From contig JBLDXI010000032.1 of assembly GCA_047495785.1 (NCBI GenBank), positions 1,426,001 to 1,490,000 on the forward strand: a stretch of DNA of 64,000 nt. The letters run 5' to 3'. Below the pieces are notes generated by a model. The model did no database searches and was not told the DNA's origin. It worked only from the letters and a program-made list of their open reading frames with translations. Made by a program: the position numbers and the translations under genes. Of this stretch, positions 41,120-54,700 are shown piece by piece. The DNA is from Lepidodermella squamata. Lineage: Eukaryota; Animalia; Gastrotricha. Each line of letters opens with the position of its first letter. The stretch's first letter is position 1.

Positions 41120-41257
41120 AATACGTTGTGAAACTAAATTATTCGAATATTGAGAGCTTGCTGATGACGCTTCCAAATAATTACTTGCCATTTGAGATTA
41201 AAAAGCTAAAAGCTTTCATTTATCGCAATTGTTATAGAGTTTCTTGGTTTTATAAAA

Positions 41258-43226
41258 ATGTCGTTAGCGGACGAACTCTTGGCAGATTTGGAGGAACCGG
41301 CGCCTGATGAGGCAGAAATGGAGGCTGATGATGGCGATGACAACGAAATCGAAGATATCGATGTTGATGCCATTGCAGAATCGGTCAAAAAAGGAAACTC
41401 AGTCCATTCAATAGCTAAATTGACCCAAAGCAAGATGGTTAGAAATTGGCTGATTTTATTTTATTTTTCTATAATTGTATCATTATTTTAGTACAAAGAA
41501 ATCCTGACCAAAATCGACCACTATGTTTCACGGCCGCCTCGAACTAAGAGTAAATGTCCAGCTTTTAGTATTTTCTTTTTTAATTTGTTTCCTCGTTGCA
41601 GTGGTTGGAACGGTCGAAGCTGACCCAGAGTACCAGCTTATCGTCGAAGCTAACAATTTGGCGGTTGATATTGATAACGAAATCAGTGAGTTGTGATTTT
41701 TAATTGATTTAAATCGATTTTTCAATATTTCTAATTGCTTCTAGATATTATTCACAAATATGTGCGGGACCACTATGCCGAGCGTTTTCCCGAGCTCGAG
41801 TCGCTGATTGTGAGCCCGATGGAGTACATGATTACAGTCAAAGAGCTGGGCAATTCGATTGATCGGTCGAAAAGTAACAAAACGCTGCAAACTTCGTTGA
41901 GCCCGGCTACAATCATGGTTGTTAGTGTTACTGCATCGACTACTCAAGGGTACGTTGACTATAAAACAGAATTTTTTTTGGAAAATTCATGACTTGAATA
42001 TTAACCTGCTTTCGGATGTTGAGAATTAGTTTTTCATGAAAAATTCTGAAATTTCAGAAGAGTAAAATTTTTCTTACAGATTTCGAGAACATTTCAATTC
42101 AAAATGTTTTTAGCTTGAGAAAATCGTGATTATCGGCATTAAAACTTCAGGATAATTAGAAAAGTTGAACGATGAAATTTTGATTTGATACGTTTGAAAT
42201 TGAATAGAATTGCCAAGGCTTGAAGTTTTTGGTTTTTCCTCATTTAGAAAAGAAATCTCGCAAGAAAAGCTGGACCTAATCATTGAAGCGTGCAATATGG
42301 CTATGGGCCTGAACGATGCCAAGCTGAAAATTTACGCCTACGTCGAAACTCGCATGTCCTTCATCGCCCCGAACCTATCAGTCGTGCTGGGCTCGTCAAT
42401 TGCCGCTAAATTGATGGGTATTGTCGGCGGTTTGACGAATTTATCTCGCGTACCAGCCTGCAATATTCTAGTCCTGGGTGCTCCTAAGAAATCACGCACT
42501 GGCTTCACTACCGCTGCGGCTAACCCGCATCACGGATTTGTGTATCAGACCGATCTGGTCATCAAGGTCCCACCTGATTACAGAACTAAGGCTGCTCGGC
42601 TGGTCGCGGCTAAGACCGCTTTATTAGCCCGGATAGACAGCTGTCGAGAGGCGGTTGATGGCTCTCAGGGCCAGAGGCTTCGCGACGAAATTATTCGAAA
42701 GCTGGAAAAGGCTCAAGAACCACCGCCGGTTAAACTGATCAAGCCATTGCCAGCCCCGATTGAAACTACCCGGAAGCGCCGAGGTGGTAAACGGGTTCGA
42801 AAAATGAAAGATCGTCTTGCGATTACCGAAGTTCGAAAAGCAGCTAATCGGATGAATTTCGGTGAAATTGAGGAGGATGTGTACCAGGAGGATCTGGGTG
42901 TCACCCTGGGTACCCTGGGCGCTGGCGGGGCTGGTGGCTCCGGTCGTGTTCGTCAATTACAGGCCGATTCTAAAACAAATGCTCGTCTATCGAAGGCTCT
43001 TCAGCAAAAGCTGCATAAGCACAATCAAATGGCTGGTGGTATGGCGACGTCGGTTCAAAAGCACGTGGCTGGTACAGCCTCGGTCGCCTTTACCCCGGCG
43101 CAGGGTCTTGAAATCGTGAATCCAATGGCTAATGAGAAAATCCGGGATGCGGCGAGCGGTACAATGACCAACCGATATTTCGGATCTGCAACGCCTTTCA
43201 TGAAAGTCAAAAAGGAGGACAAATAA
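41258..43226 (+). CDS. PRPF31: U4/U6 snRNP protein Prp31; several short introns plus one ~300-bp intron
   Basis: MSLADELLADLEE, VEADPEYQLIVEANNL, RFPELESL, RMSFIAPNLS, RKRRGGKRVRKMK, SVAFTPAQGLEIVNP. Confidence 0.97.
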
Positions 43227-43518
43227 CGTTGTGATGTTTTTTACACTGCTGTTTCTGTCAATAAAATCGAACCGAGTTTTGAAGTCACAAAAATAGTTTA
43301 TTTTCAATAATTATGCTGCATAGCAAAACACTGAAACAGCAACAAGGACATTCAATTTTGAGAGCTTTGTTCCAGCGGTTTGTTATTTTTGTTCATGAAA
43401 AGCAACGCGAGGATGAGAAATGAAGGGTGATGTGAGATCGCATCAACTGCCGTGCTACGAAAATATATAACTAAAAAAATCAAATTAATCTGTGACCGAG
43501 GGTTCGAGTGGAACAAAA

Positions 43519-44004
43519 TTAGGGGCCGTTTTTCTGTGTAAGACGTTGCGGTGAACCGGCGTTAACGATACTAGATTTTAGGCGTTCGATTTCTCTATCT
43601 TTTTTGTCGCATTCCATTTTGTACTCGGTTATGAGGTCGAGCAAAAGCTCGATTTTGAAGTGAAGTAGGTTGTTCTCCTCGGAAATGGTCTGCTTGTCGT
43701 GCCGCAGCTGTTGGGCTCGCTGATTGGCTTGCTGTAACAACTGATTCGAGTTTTCTGAACAAAAAATGAACTATGACACCGAATAAAAGCAAAATATTTA
43801 TTAATTACCAATATTCCATTGGCCATCTTGGTCCAAATGAAGCGCAGCTCCGCCTAAATTTAAGCTTATTTGACGAGGCAATTGCTCGAATTCTCTCGAT
43901 CGGTCTGTAACTGCAAGGCCGTTATTTGCTAGCCACTGTGAGTTCTTTCTCGGCTCCGCTGACTTCTTGCCAGAAAGCTTGGCAAAAAATGACGGCATAG
44001 GCAT
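43519..44004 (-). CDS. CBY1: Chibby family protein; two coding exons
   Basis: PRK...ISLNLGG...DGQW and coiled coil EENNLLHFKIELLLDLITE. Confidence 0.85.
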
Positions 44005-44371
44005 TTTAGCAGTCACAGACCTAATGAAATAAAAGATATAAGTAAAACAGCATGTCTGAAGTCGAGAGAGATACTTAGAGGGTGTAAGAGATTAGAAATG
44101 TTATGCAAAATATTTTTGAACGTGAGAATTCGTTCCTCTGATAGCTAAAATTCCTCCAAGCGGAGAGAAGACCTAAATGCCCGCCCAAAACAATATTACA
44201 GCGTTCACTCACGCCTTCAGCTTAAAAACGAGGCTCTAGATCTTTGACCATGAAGATTCTTAAATAATATATTCACATTTTTTCTCATTTTCACCCGATG
44301 CAATGTATTCAGACCTTGCAATGTAAATGTTTTCTACATTCCACACTTTCGGCGAGTTGCTACAAGTATGT

Positions 44372-45234
44372 TCATCGGTTGATTTTGTAAAACTCGTTTT
44401 TTCTCTTCGTCGCATTACTCATGGCAATTTCTTGTAAGTATTCAGTTTGTAAGCGTCTCGAAAATGTTAAATGGACCGAGTTCGAAAGAATAGTGTTCAA
44501 ACAATTGACTAGATGTCCAGAACAACACACAACTGGCCATGGCTTTTGAAGTTTTGAAGTTGGCAGAATTTCAACCTCGCACCTGCAGACCGACAAATTG
44601 CAAAATGTTGATGATAAGCTCATCATATACATAGAGAACAAAGCGATCACTCCGACTCCGTTCACCATGTCACCATAGCTAAAAAATAGCTTCAGAATCT
44701 ATTGGTACTTTGACGGTCCACGTTAGCTGCAGGCATAAGGCATATATTCATTTATCATATTTTTCCAAGCTGTACGACCCATGGAGGGCGGCTCCTCCAA
44801 TTATCGATAGCCTCATTTGAAAAATGAACACACAGGACGGTTTCTGATGGCATCTGAAACTTGCATGCCAATACACAGTAGATAGGGAATAAATTAAACT
44901 CGAGTATAACGCTTTTAATCGCAAGCCGAAGCCCGCAGCCGAGACCATAATCCCTCCTAGAATATCACTATAGCGGCAGTAAAAAGTAATTATAAGGTGT
45001 ATTGCATCAAACTGAGATTGGAGATTGGCTGCTAACAGTAGTTGAAAATTGAAGTAACATAAGCGATAAACCGCCCCATGAGAAATGAGTAAATGAGTAG
45101 TCCCTGAGGAGTAAAAGGAGTAAATGCTTATTGCTCAGAGCACCAGTAGTACCAATATTCAGAGCAGTGAGTGCATAGCGCATAGACACACCGATGTTTG
45201 ATGTTTGTGTCCACAACAGGATGCCAAAACGCAA
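44372..45234 (-). pseudogene. Possible decayed multi-TM (receptor-like) gene
   Basis: Three consecutive short hydrophobic minus-strand ORFs in shifting frames; no diagnostic motif. Confidence 0.2.
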
Positions 45235-45471
45235 GCAGCGCGTAGCTTTAGACGCTCTTTAATTAACTACAATTAATACATTACTTTATACATTATAATG
45301 ATTGAGAACTATTCCAGTTATGTTTTACTAATATAAAGTTGAAGAAAATAATTTTGGCGCTATATTGTTTGAAACAGCGTGAAAAAGCCGGTCAGCTTGC
45401 GTTCGCGGTTTTGCTCGACCTCATTGTGGACAGATTTCGAGCATCACGAAAATCGACTCTACTCGCTTACG

Positions 45472-46502
45472 ATGGTTAGCTTTTTGGAAACCGATAATCG
45501 ACGAAAGTCGAGATGGTACTTCGGGGGATTAGGAAGTGCTGGCGCTGCTTGTGTAACCCATCCATTAGATCTGATAAAGGTTTGTCAATTTATCTCGAAG
45601 TTTTGCGGTAATTATCATTGTCTACATATCAGGTGCATCTTCAAACTCAACAACAAGGAAATATGCGAATGACTGGCATGGCAGTTCACATTATCAAGAC
45701 ACAGGGTGTTCTCACGCTCTATAATGGTATCAGCGCGTCCCTTCTACGTCAGCTGACTTATTCTCTTGCCCGATTCGGTATCTATGAGCAGATGAAAAAT
45801 CAAAGCGGCGTTCCCGAGAAAGACCTCAAGTTTTACCAGCGAGTTTGGTATGCTGGATTCTCCGGTTTGATTGGTGGTGTTGTTGGCACTCCGGCCGATA
45901 TGATTAACGTTCGAATGCAGAATGATGTCAAGTTGCCTCTTGAGCAGCGAAGAAATTACTCTCATGCTCTTGATGGTCTTTTTCAAGTTGCAAGAAAAGA
46001 AGGCCTTCCCCGTCTTTTCTCCGGTGTGACCATGGCAAGTAGCCGTGCTGTGTTGATGACTATCGGGCAGATCGCTTTCTACGATCAGATCAAGCAGATC
46101 ATGATTGCTTCAGGATATTTTCGGGATAACATCCTGACTCACTTTTCATCCAGCATAACCGCTGTAAGTAACAATTTAAAATTTTATCATTGAAATGTTA
46201 TCCTTATGGTATGGTTTTAAATTCATTTTCATCTGATTTTTTTTTCATAGGCTGGTATTGCTACGGCCCTCACACAGCCCGTTGACGTTGCTAAAACTCG
46301 ATTAATGAATGCCAAGCCAGGGCAATACTCAGGCATTAGCTCTGTGTTTGTCGAAATGGGTCAAAAGGGTCCAGCAGGATTTTTCAAAGGCTTTGTGCCA
46401 GCTTTCATTCGTCTCGGTCCTCAAACTGTTCTAACTTTCGTGTTCCTCGAGCAACTTCGTGTTCGTTTCGGTTATTTGCCGGAAGATTCGAAGAAAAACT
46501 AA
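45472..46502 (+). CDS. SLC25A10: Mitochondrial dicarboxylate carrier; three exons
   Basis: SRWYFGGLGSAGAACVTHPLDLIKVHLQTQQ, LRQLTYSLARFGIYE, GTPADMINVRMQND, FFKGFVPAFIRLGPQTVLTFVFLEQLR. Confidence 0.95.
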
Positions 46503-46899
46503 TACAATTGCTGCCCAAGAACTGGAAATAGTGATAACTTTTCGATGATAACTTTATTAGTCAAACGAAGTACCTTATTCCTTTACAGTTTATCATAGTA
46601 TTATTGATACCATTATTTGTGTAGCAGTTAGAAGTTGTGCATTGGTGATAGAATATTTGAGCTGGTGAGTTGATATTGTTGCCGATTAACTTAAGATGAA
46701 ATTTCTTACTGTTTTCTGACCTGAAGTCGGCTATATTTTGTAAACTTGAGATTTGAAATTAAATTAAAGTATCGAGTCACTGAAATTTATTCCCTGTATT
46801 TTTTCAAAAAGTAATCCACCTTATATTTCAGGACAAAAATAACTTGATTCGCGGCTTTCGCCGAATGATCTGAACCTATTGCATTGTTTTACGATCGAA

Positions 46900-48423
46900 C
46901 GTAAAGATATTTTGCATACTCAAGCAACCGGTCGATCTCAGTGCCTGTGGCCGAATTCTCGAAAGAAGTGGAGGTACTCTGACGCATAGTTGCGAAGATC
47001 GGGTTATTTTCACGTAGATGCCCTGCCTCAAGATAATTTCCGTTATAAATGAAATAAACTAGCCCAGGAAATTATAGGTATGAATATTTTTCAAGTTGAA
47101 TAACAAGAGAAAAAACTTTCACGCACTGCGAAAGCAGAATGGTGGTCCTTGAAAACTGTGGAGACGCAATTTTCAATACTAAAGCGTTTTGCTAAAGGTA
47201 ACCAAATTCAACAAGCCCAAACACCAAAATTCAATAAGTTATGGGTAAAACGGTTCTAAATACTCAAGGGATCAGGTGTTACCATGGTTTTCCATTTCGA
47301 AAATATCAGTGAAACCTTGTGTGTCCAACCAGGTCTGATCAGGTCTGACGAAGATTCTACTATTGCTTACACATAGATGCCAATCACGCCGACCTTATGC
47401 AGCCAGCTTGAGGAATGACGCGGCCCAAAGTCGATATAGAAAATTTCAAAGGTGACGGCAGAAAATGCGGGTGTGTATGACCGATTGCTGTGCGAAAAAA
47501 ATGTCACGGTTTCGCCATTCATCCAGCTTGATCGATCGACCCCAAGCCCTTCCATTAACACTGCCAGTACCTGTACAGGAACTAGCCTACATTTTCTACT
47601 TGGCATCTCGAATGCTTCGAAAAATGCTGTGGTAATTGTTAGCTAGGAAAGATACTGGGATAAGTACGGCTGAAGCTTAAAACATGAACAAAAGAAAACT
47701 TGAATCAAGATCACCAACCAGCCTATACTGGAAGCCAGCACAAATCCAAGCTGGGTTGCCATCGTTCAACCCATCGATCTCAATCAGTTCACTCCGCCAG
47801 ATTTGACGAGGCCAGATTGCAATAAAGATACAGATGTCAGTACAAAAGCAGTAGAGAGAGACAGCCCACACAAGAAGCCGTTTAGTACTAGCCTGATGGT
47901 TTGGTCTGTTTGATAGGATGCAAAGACGGCGTTCGTATGAGATCAAAGCGTTCATGTAAGTTCCAAAAGCCCCATGAACATATTGAATCAAAAATATGGC
48001 CGGACAAGTCCAATCATCAGCTTCCCAGTAGCCTGTTCTATTAAAATTGATCGCAAGAGCAACAGTAAAGATCAAAGCGAAAGCGATATTTCTAGCACCG
48101 TTAATCGCAACTAGCTTAGAAAATCGCGTTTAGTCCCCCTTTTGTTCAAATCTATGCAACTAATGATCGTTACTAGAATCACAAAGACCATGATAATTGC
48201 AGACATCAAAAATTGGGCGAGGAGGCTGTTGATCGTAGTCGAGATCATGGAACCAGCCGATGAATTGGGGTCTCGCGGTTTCGTAACCTGAGTTGGGCAA
48301 ATAAACCTGAATACAGCCACCATTGATCAGTCTTGCTTTCAAACATGAAGAGTTGCCTTGCTTTCCGAGTGGCATCATTCCATTTGTTACTGAACTGTTT
48401 AATGTTGAAATATTGCAGCTCAT
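46900..48423 (-). pseudogene. Class A GPCR pseudogene (several frameshifts and stops)
   Basis: N-glycosylation-rich N-terminus, TM1 in a second frame, then W...TC...MNALISYERRLCI (ECL1/TM3) in a third; downstream frames broken. Confidence 0.7.
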
Positions 48424-48539
48424 TTTTGAATGAGAGTGCAGTCAAATAACTGTGAGCTCACAATTTCATCTGTCAGTGTTTTAGTTTTAGACAAGTCCGG
48501 GTGGAAAATAAATCAGTTCTATACGCGTAATGTCACGTC

Positions 48540-48670
48540 TCCTTTTTGCAAATTAGGCGATGATTTTAGAGAAGATCAAAACCCGCCTTGCAAACGTGGA
48601 ATATGCTGTTCGACCAATCAATGCGAATGCAATGCCGGCTGGACTGGACCTTTTTGCAGCAACCGTAAAT
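48540..48670 (+). pseudogene. Isolated EGF-like exon or fragment
   Basis: CKRGICCSTNQCECNAGWTGPFC followed by a GT donor; no complete gene traced. Confidence 0.45.
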
Positions 48671-49419
48671 TTACTTAATTACTTATACTTTTTCGTGCTT
48701 CAATAAGTGAAAAACGGGAGCTTGGAGCGTAAGTTTCTCATCATTTTAGATCAAATGGGATATCAACAGCGACTGTTTCATTTCAGCCATATGCGACTGT
48801 ATTGATGCAAAGCGATGCCTGATAAAGCCCTCAAACTGCCCCGATGGCACTCCAACGCTACGACTGCAACGAATTTCGATCATTTAATCGCTAAAAGTTG
48901 AACCTCAAATTAAGCATTGACGACAAAAGGGCAATAAAAAATTATCTCTCGCTATTCGGAATAATAGTAATTCGCCTTGTTATCCATTATTAATAACTCG
49001 AAATTTGAAAGGAGCGAAAGAGGTGGAAGTCATCGTATTTTATTTTGTTTCTCGACGAATCAAGCAAGTAACTTGCAGAATTGATAAAGAGTAGGCGACT
49101 ACTATACAAAATGGCCACGTCATAATACAGAATAATAAATGCATAATAACACCATGCTGCGATTTTGAAAGCAAGCAAAACATGAAACGGCGCGCAATTT
49201 TTCTTCTTCGTTATTTTACGGCTGAAAGAAGCAGCAGTTGAACAATGTATATTGCCAAATAATTGATGAATATTCTCTCGACGTTATATTTAAAACAAGC
49301 AGCGTAGAAATGGGCGGAATTTTTCGTTTGCGTTGGTCAGGCTAGACTTTACTCAATCATAACTTATAGAAATAACAGTGAAATTAAAGGCAATCAGTCC
49401 GATACACATTTTCCAAGTT

Positions 49420-50623
49420 CTAAATTCGTAATGTAGCCATCGACTGTTCCAGGGTTCGCCAGTTCCAAATCACGATTTGCCCGTCGAGTCCACTCGTCGA
49501 GAAAAATGAGACGTCATTGCCGCTTTTCGAATGTGCCACTATGGATGTTATCGTATTTTGATGCACCGTTTTTAGCTCAACGTCCTTCGCCTCGGCCTGA
49601 GCTCGAGAGTCCATACCGCGGAAGGCTGTTAAGGTGGCTGAAAAATTAGCCGTAGAACCGTTGTCTGACGAGCCATTGGTATCGCTCTGCTGCTGTGTAT
49701 CGACACATCGCGGGCCGGTCAGCTTACCAGAAGCAGCTTCGTAGGTGAAAACGTAGGGTGCGCAGTTATAGCCAGCCGCAATTAAGGTGGTTTCATTAAG
49801 CCACAGACAGCATGTAAATGGAAGCAAATTTGTTCGCACTGATGCGATTCTATAATAACAAAATGTTAGGATTTAACAAAAGGTAATGAAGTACAACTCA
49901 CGATTTTGGATTTTGCGCAGACACGACGCAAATTGTCGCATCGTGGCTGACCCAGGCCAATGAGTCACCAGATGGCGAGAACGAAACATCGTGAATCCAA
50001 GAGCCGCCGGTACCTGGGGTCTCAAACTCGGCCACCACATCGGAGAATCCGACCTGGGCACCAGCTGCCCAAGGTCCCGGGTTCGTGTTCTTGTCGTCAA
50101 CCTCCTTGATCATCGACGAGAAAATGCGAACTTTCTTATCGGTCGAGCCACATGCAAGCAAGACATCGTTCGGGTGCCACGATAAACAAGTTGCAGTTGA
50201 CTTGATCGGTTTCTTGATGTGTTTACTAATCCAGAAGTTATGTTGTTCGTCGAGATAACAGACAGAAATAAGTTTAGAGCCGGTGGCTACGGCGAATTTT
50301 CGTTCGGTCGGCGACCATTTGCAGCAGGTAGCGGCACGATTAACGCGGAGCGCAACGAGAGACGGTTTCCATTTACCAGATTCTAGCGCCCAGACAAAAG
50401 CGTTTCTGTCGGAGCCGCATGTTACGATTTTATCATCCTTCTTGGACCAATCGATGCAATTGACACGTTGGGTATGCTCGGTCAACAAATGCTCCAATTG
50501 GCCGGTTTTAGCGTCGTAAATATGGACCTCAGCATTGTTTGGTGATAGAGCTATTTTGGTTCGGCCAGCGTTCCAAGAGTGCGTTTGAAGCGGCTCAGAA
50601 ACATAGTTGAAAGGACTAGCCAT
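49420..50623 (-). CDS. ARPC1: Arp2/3 complex subunit 1 (p41, WD40); one ~50-bp intron
   Basis: HSWNAGRTKIALSPNN, IVTCGSDRNAFVW, NRAATCCKWSP, WISKHIKKPIKST, LAWVSHD, TVHQNTIT, FSTSGLDG. Confidence 0.96.
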
Positions 50624-51226
50624 AACTGATTTTAATAAACGTCAACTACAGTCAGTAAACATGCAAACTCAATCTTTTAAAAAGCATTGAGAGAAGGTAC
50701 ATAGTACGTCCCAGTTAGGAAACAGGAAACTGCTCAAGTATTCAAGTAACTAGGACTGTCATACAAATGGAAGAAAACTCGTCACTCGTCAAAGCTTTTC
50801 GAGTGGCTTTTCTCAAAGGTAGCCCCGCTTCCCGCTTCAAGGCTTCAAGGATAGAAGCGTAAGGAGTCCGCTGTTAACCTAGCTAGTAGCTCGCATGTCA
50901 CAACACTCAAAGCGGCACCTAAGTGGATGGGGAACAGGGGTCAGCCGTGGGACAGTAAGCGAGCAGGCATCTTGAAAATGTTGAAACCGGCTTCCAAATC
51001 AACCCCCCCTGTTCCTAGATCATCTCAAAAACGCTGCACGATTTGCGGCGGTATTTGGTTTTCACCCAAATTTAAGACTCACAAATTGCAAAATTCTAAT
51101 AAAAAATCTGCCAAATGTAGCTATTCGCCCGACGCAGCGCAATAAATATCAATTATATTTTAATGACCTTCACCAGCTTGATTGGCGCGAAATGGAAATC
51201 GCCTGATTCATCTTTCAGGTTGGCAG

Positions 51227-51766
51227 ATGTCCATCACACGCGAAAAAGAAGATCACCAACAAGTTGACAGCCTATTTGTGTCTGGATTGGGCGCTACCTC
51301 CCCTACGGACTTTATCGATCAGGTGAAAGCCCTGGCGATTGACGAAGATATCAAAAACGCTCTAACATCGGACGTCGTGGAAAAAGTTATTCATCTCCCC
51401 CCGCGACAAGGCCAAACTCGCCCAACAGCTACAGTTGTGTGTTACACCAAGTTGTCTGACGACAATCGGCGCAAAATACTCGATCGCTCATCCTTCCCCA
51501 AGCTAGCATTGGGTGGGCTCAAAGTCTACCCTTCCAAAGGACCAATGGAGAGATCCACTCGTGCTGCCCTCGCAGCCAAGAAGAAATCTCTGATGGAGCA
51601 ACACAATGCAGCACTTACGTACGCGGACATTGTGGCAAACCGGCTGTTCACCAATCTTGGTAACTATCAATATTGCTTTGTTACAGGATTGATCGTGCCT
51701 GCTACGGGCCCGGCCGAGAACCATGTTCCCCCATGGCGGGCACCAGGTAATGAAATGTCGCAATAG
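51227..51766 (+). CDS. LINE ORF1 C-terminal part (RRM/CTD-like); the ATG is supplied by the target site
   Basis: DSLFVSGLG...RPTATVVC...LKVYPSKGPMER resembles LINE ORF1 RRM-CTD; ATG 51227 lies inside the 5' TSD. Confidence 0.65.
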   Translation: MSITREKEDHQQVDSLFVSGLGATSPTDFIDQVKALAIDEDIKNALTSDVVEKVIHLPPRQGQTRPTATVVCYTKLSDDNRRKILDRSSFPKLALGGLKVYPSKGPMERSTRAALAAKKKSLMEQHNAALTYADIVANRLFTNLGNYQYCFVTGLIVPATGPAENHVPPWRAPGNEMSQ

Positions 51767-54700
51767 GTTTTGCTGAAAACTAGTGACTGGAACTTTTCTA
51801 TTTTGTTTTGGAACATTCATTCGGGTCTTAAAGCTGAAAACCACATGAAAACCCTGAAACAATTCTTAATCTTTGCCTTGGTCGAAACCTTCGGTACGGA
51901 ACCAAAGTCTATATCTGGTTACGCAATATTCTCCGCCCCTCCTGTTCGTGACATCAATACCAAAAGTATTAGTGGCGGCATGACCGTCGCTATTCGTAAA
52001 GACTTGAAACCATCCTTACTTTTCTCTAATGAATCGATAATTCTAGTTAGAGTCCAGGCAAAATTGTTACGTGGCGTGAATACCATCATGGGACTCTTTA
52101 TCGTCTATAATCGACCATACTCGGCTACCAGTCAAATTCAAGTTTTAGAAAAAATAACTAGTTTACATGACACTTATTCATCGACTTATGACGTTCCTTT
52201 GTTAGTCGGAGACTTCAACATAAGAATAGGCAATCAGTCGGAAACCTTAACTGATGACGAAGCTTTCTACCCACTAGCGCCTCGCAGATCCAAGGACACT
52301 AGTGTATCCACCTCTAGCGTGGTCAAACATTTTTTCTCTATGTGTAATCATATGTCCTGTTATGTCGCGAATGGTCGCTGCAGTGGCGACCGTCAAGGCG
52401 AATTCACCTTTGTTGGCCACAACGGTCAATCCGTGATCGATTACTGTCTCCTTCCTCCAGATTTGCTGGCGAGCAAATTCTCAACTTTTTCTGTTCGCCA
52501 GGATATCATTAACTCTGACCACTTTCCCATAGCATACTATTTGAAATCAGATGAGATCACATTTAAGCAGACTAGCGCTTCCACGTCTTATACTAAGGTG
52601 CACTTCGATTCAGGTGCGTTCCATAATCACCTTTTAAATACTGACATCGACTCATTTGCGGATAACTTACCTCAAATGCCTAACGATGCTTTGCGCTCTA
52701 CGCTAGATCTTATCAGTAATTTTGCCACTAGAGGCCACATCCCTTATGATACTAAAATTATCGAGGCCGACTCGACCCGCCCGGATGTCGGGGATCATGT
52801 GAATTTTTGTTTATACAGAAAACAAGCTAACGCCTCGCGCAAAATGCGCCGCATATTAAATCGTAACAAGGAAATATCAGTAATCAACAGCGATAAAACT
52901 AAACGTTCTCTCTGGGTGGCTTTCAAAACAGCGCCTCTTTCTCCCCAAAATCAACCGCAGATGCACGAATGGGTCGAATTTTTCGGGGAGCTCTACCGAA
53001 ATCGGAATGTTGTCTCACCCCCACTCGAACTCACAACATCAGACCCAATACTGGATGCTCCTTTGACTATTGACGAAGTCAAAATGGCCATAGAACTTCA
53101 AAAAGCAGGTAAGGCGCCCGGCCCGGATGGTATTACAGCTGAATTCATGCAACACAGTGACCTGAATGTTTCTTTTTTCAGCAAGACGCTCTTTAAAATT
53201 TTTGAACCGTGTTTCCTTAGCTACACCCTGCCATCGGGACTAAATTTGTCTCTGTTTTGCACCTTGTTCAAAAAAGGTGACTCCTCTAAGCCGGACAACT
53301 ACCGGCCATTATCTCTTTTATCCGTAATATACAAAACTTATTCTACTATACTGAAATTGAGACTGGAAAAGTGGTGTAGAATTCACTCGATCATACCTGA
53401 AGAGCAGTTTGGTTTCGAAAAAGGATTATCGCGCTTACACGCGGCTTTCGTCCTTCAGTCGTTGGCGACGTACCAAATCCACGTTCGCGGTAGAATGCTC
53501 TTTATATGTTTAATCGACTTTACTAAAGCTTTCGACTGCGTTCCTCACAACCGTCTTATATGGAAATGCCAGCGATTAGGTATCTCATCTTCCTTTGCCA
53601 AGAGATTGAACTCTCTCTATTCCGACGCTAAAGCCAAAGTGCGAGTTGGCAGCAAACTGTCTATTGCAGACATCGCCATTGAACGCGGTGTTAGACAGGG
53701 TGACGTCTTAGGTCCCCTAATGTACAATCTGTATACCGCCGATTTGCCTCTTCATCTGGCTGAGAATGCCAAAAATCTATCAGACATTCCTAAGTTACTT
53801 TCTACCAAGGTACTTTGCGTATTATATGCGGACGACTCCACACCCACTGCAACTAACGCGGTGGATTTGCAAATACAGATTGATGCTATGTCGACGTATT
53901 CTACTAGAGAAGGGCTCAGCCCTAACCCCGGTAAAACGAAAGTTATCATTTTTTCCCAAGCTCCTGTTTCACCTGACCGTTACTCCTTTAATATGAACGG
54001 CGTACCTCTCAAAGTTGTAAAATCTGATTTCTACCTAGGCGTACCGATATCCAGCGACTTGAGCTGGTTTGAAGCTATTGAAAATGCGCTTACACGTGGC
54101 AATAGCTGTTACAACGCTCTTTCCTCTCATAGGATCAAATTGAGTATGATAGAACGCAATAACTTGGATACACTATTTTGTAGCAAAATTGAAGCGGCGA
54201 TGCTTGCAGGCTCCGAACTCTGGGGCCTCTTCGCCCCTAGCCGTGTTGCTAAATTGGACAGCGTCTGTTATAAGTATTATAAAAGAGCGCGCGACATTCC
54301 GTACAATGCGTCTAGTTTATCAACTGGTTTTGTTATGGGACTTATTCCCCCTAGCCTAAAGGCGAAACTCAATGCAGTCAAGTTTACATGTGAGCTGACG
54401 AAATGTGCCAACCCCTTAGTGAATGATGCTTTTTCTTTTTACTTCCATTCTCGTCCGAAGATGGGTGTCTTAAATCCCATCCACGCAACTCGTAAATTTC
54501 TATTATCCTACAATCTGCCTCCCGACTTCTGGTTTATGCGTGACCCGGCAGTCATGGAGCAATTTTTCAACCTAGTCAAAGACTGCTATGTTTCTGAACT
54601 ATCTGTCAAATTTCATAATAAATATAATGCCAGCTACCTATTAGCCAGGGACGGTTACTTTGGCATTAGTAAGATATTCGAAAATTATCCACCTGACCTT

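Noticed and set aside
50927-51145. 72-aa ORF with CxxC in the same frame as LINE ORF1 (possible ORF0 or zinc finger)
   Set aside because: Lies outside the 5' TSD and is separated from ORF1 by several stops, so it is not part of this insertion.
51747-51766. 20-nt GT...AG mini-intron that could remove the LINE stop codon
   Set aside because: Splicing shifts the frame to an immediate stop and the intron would be too short.
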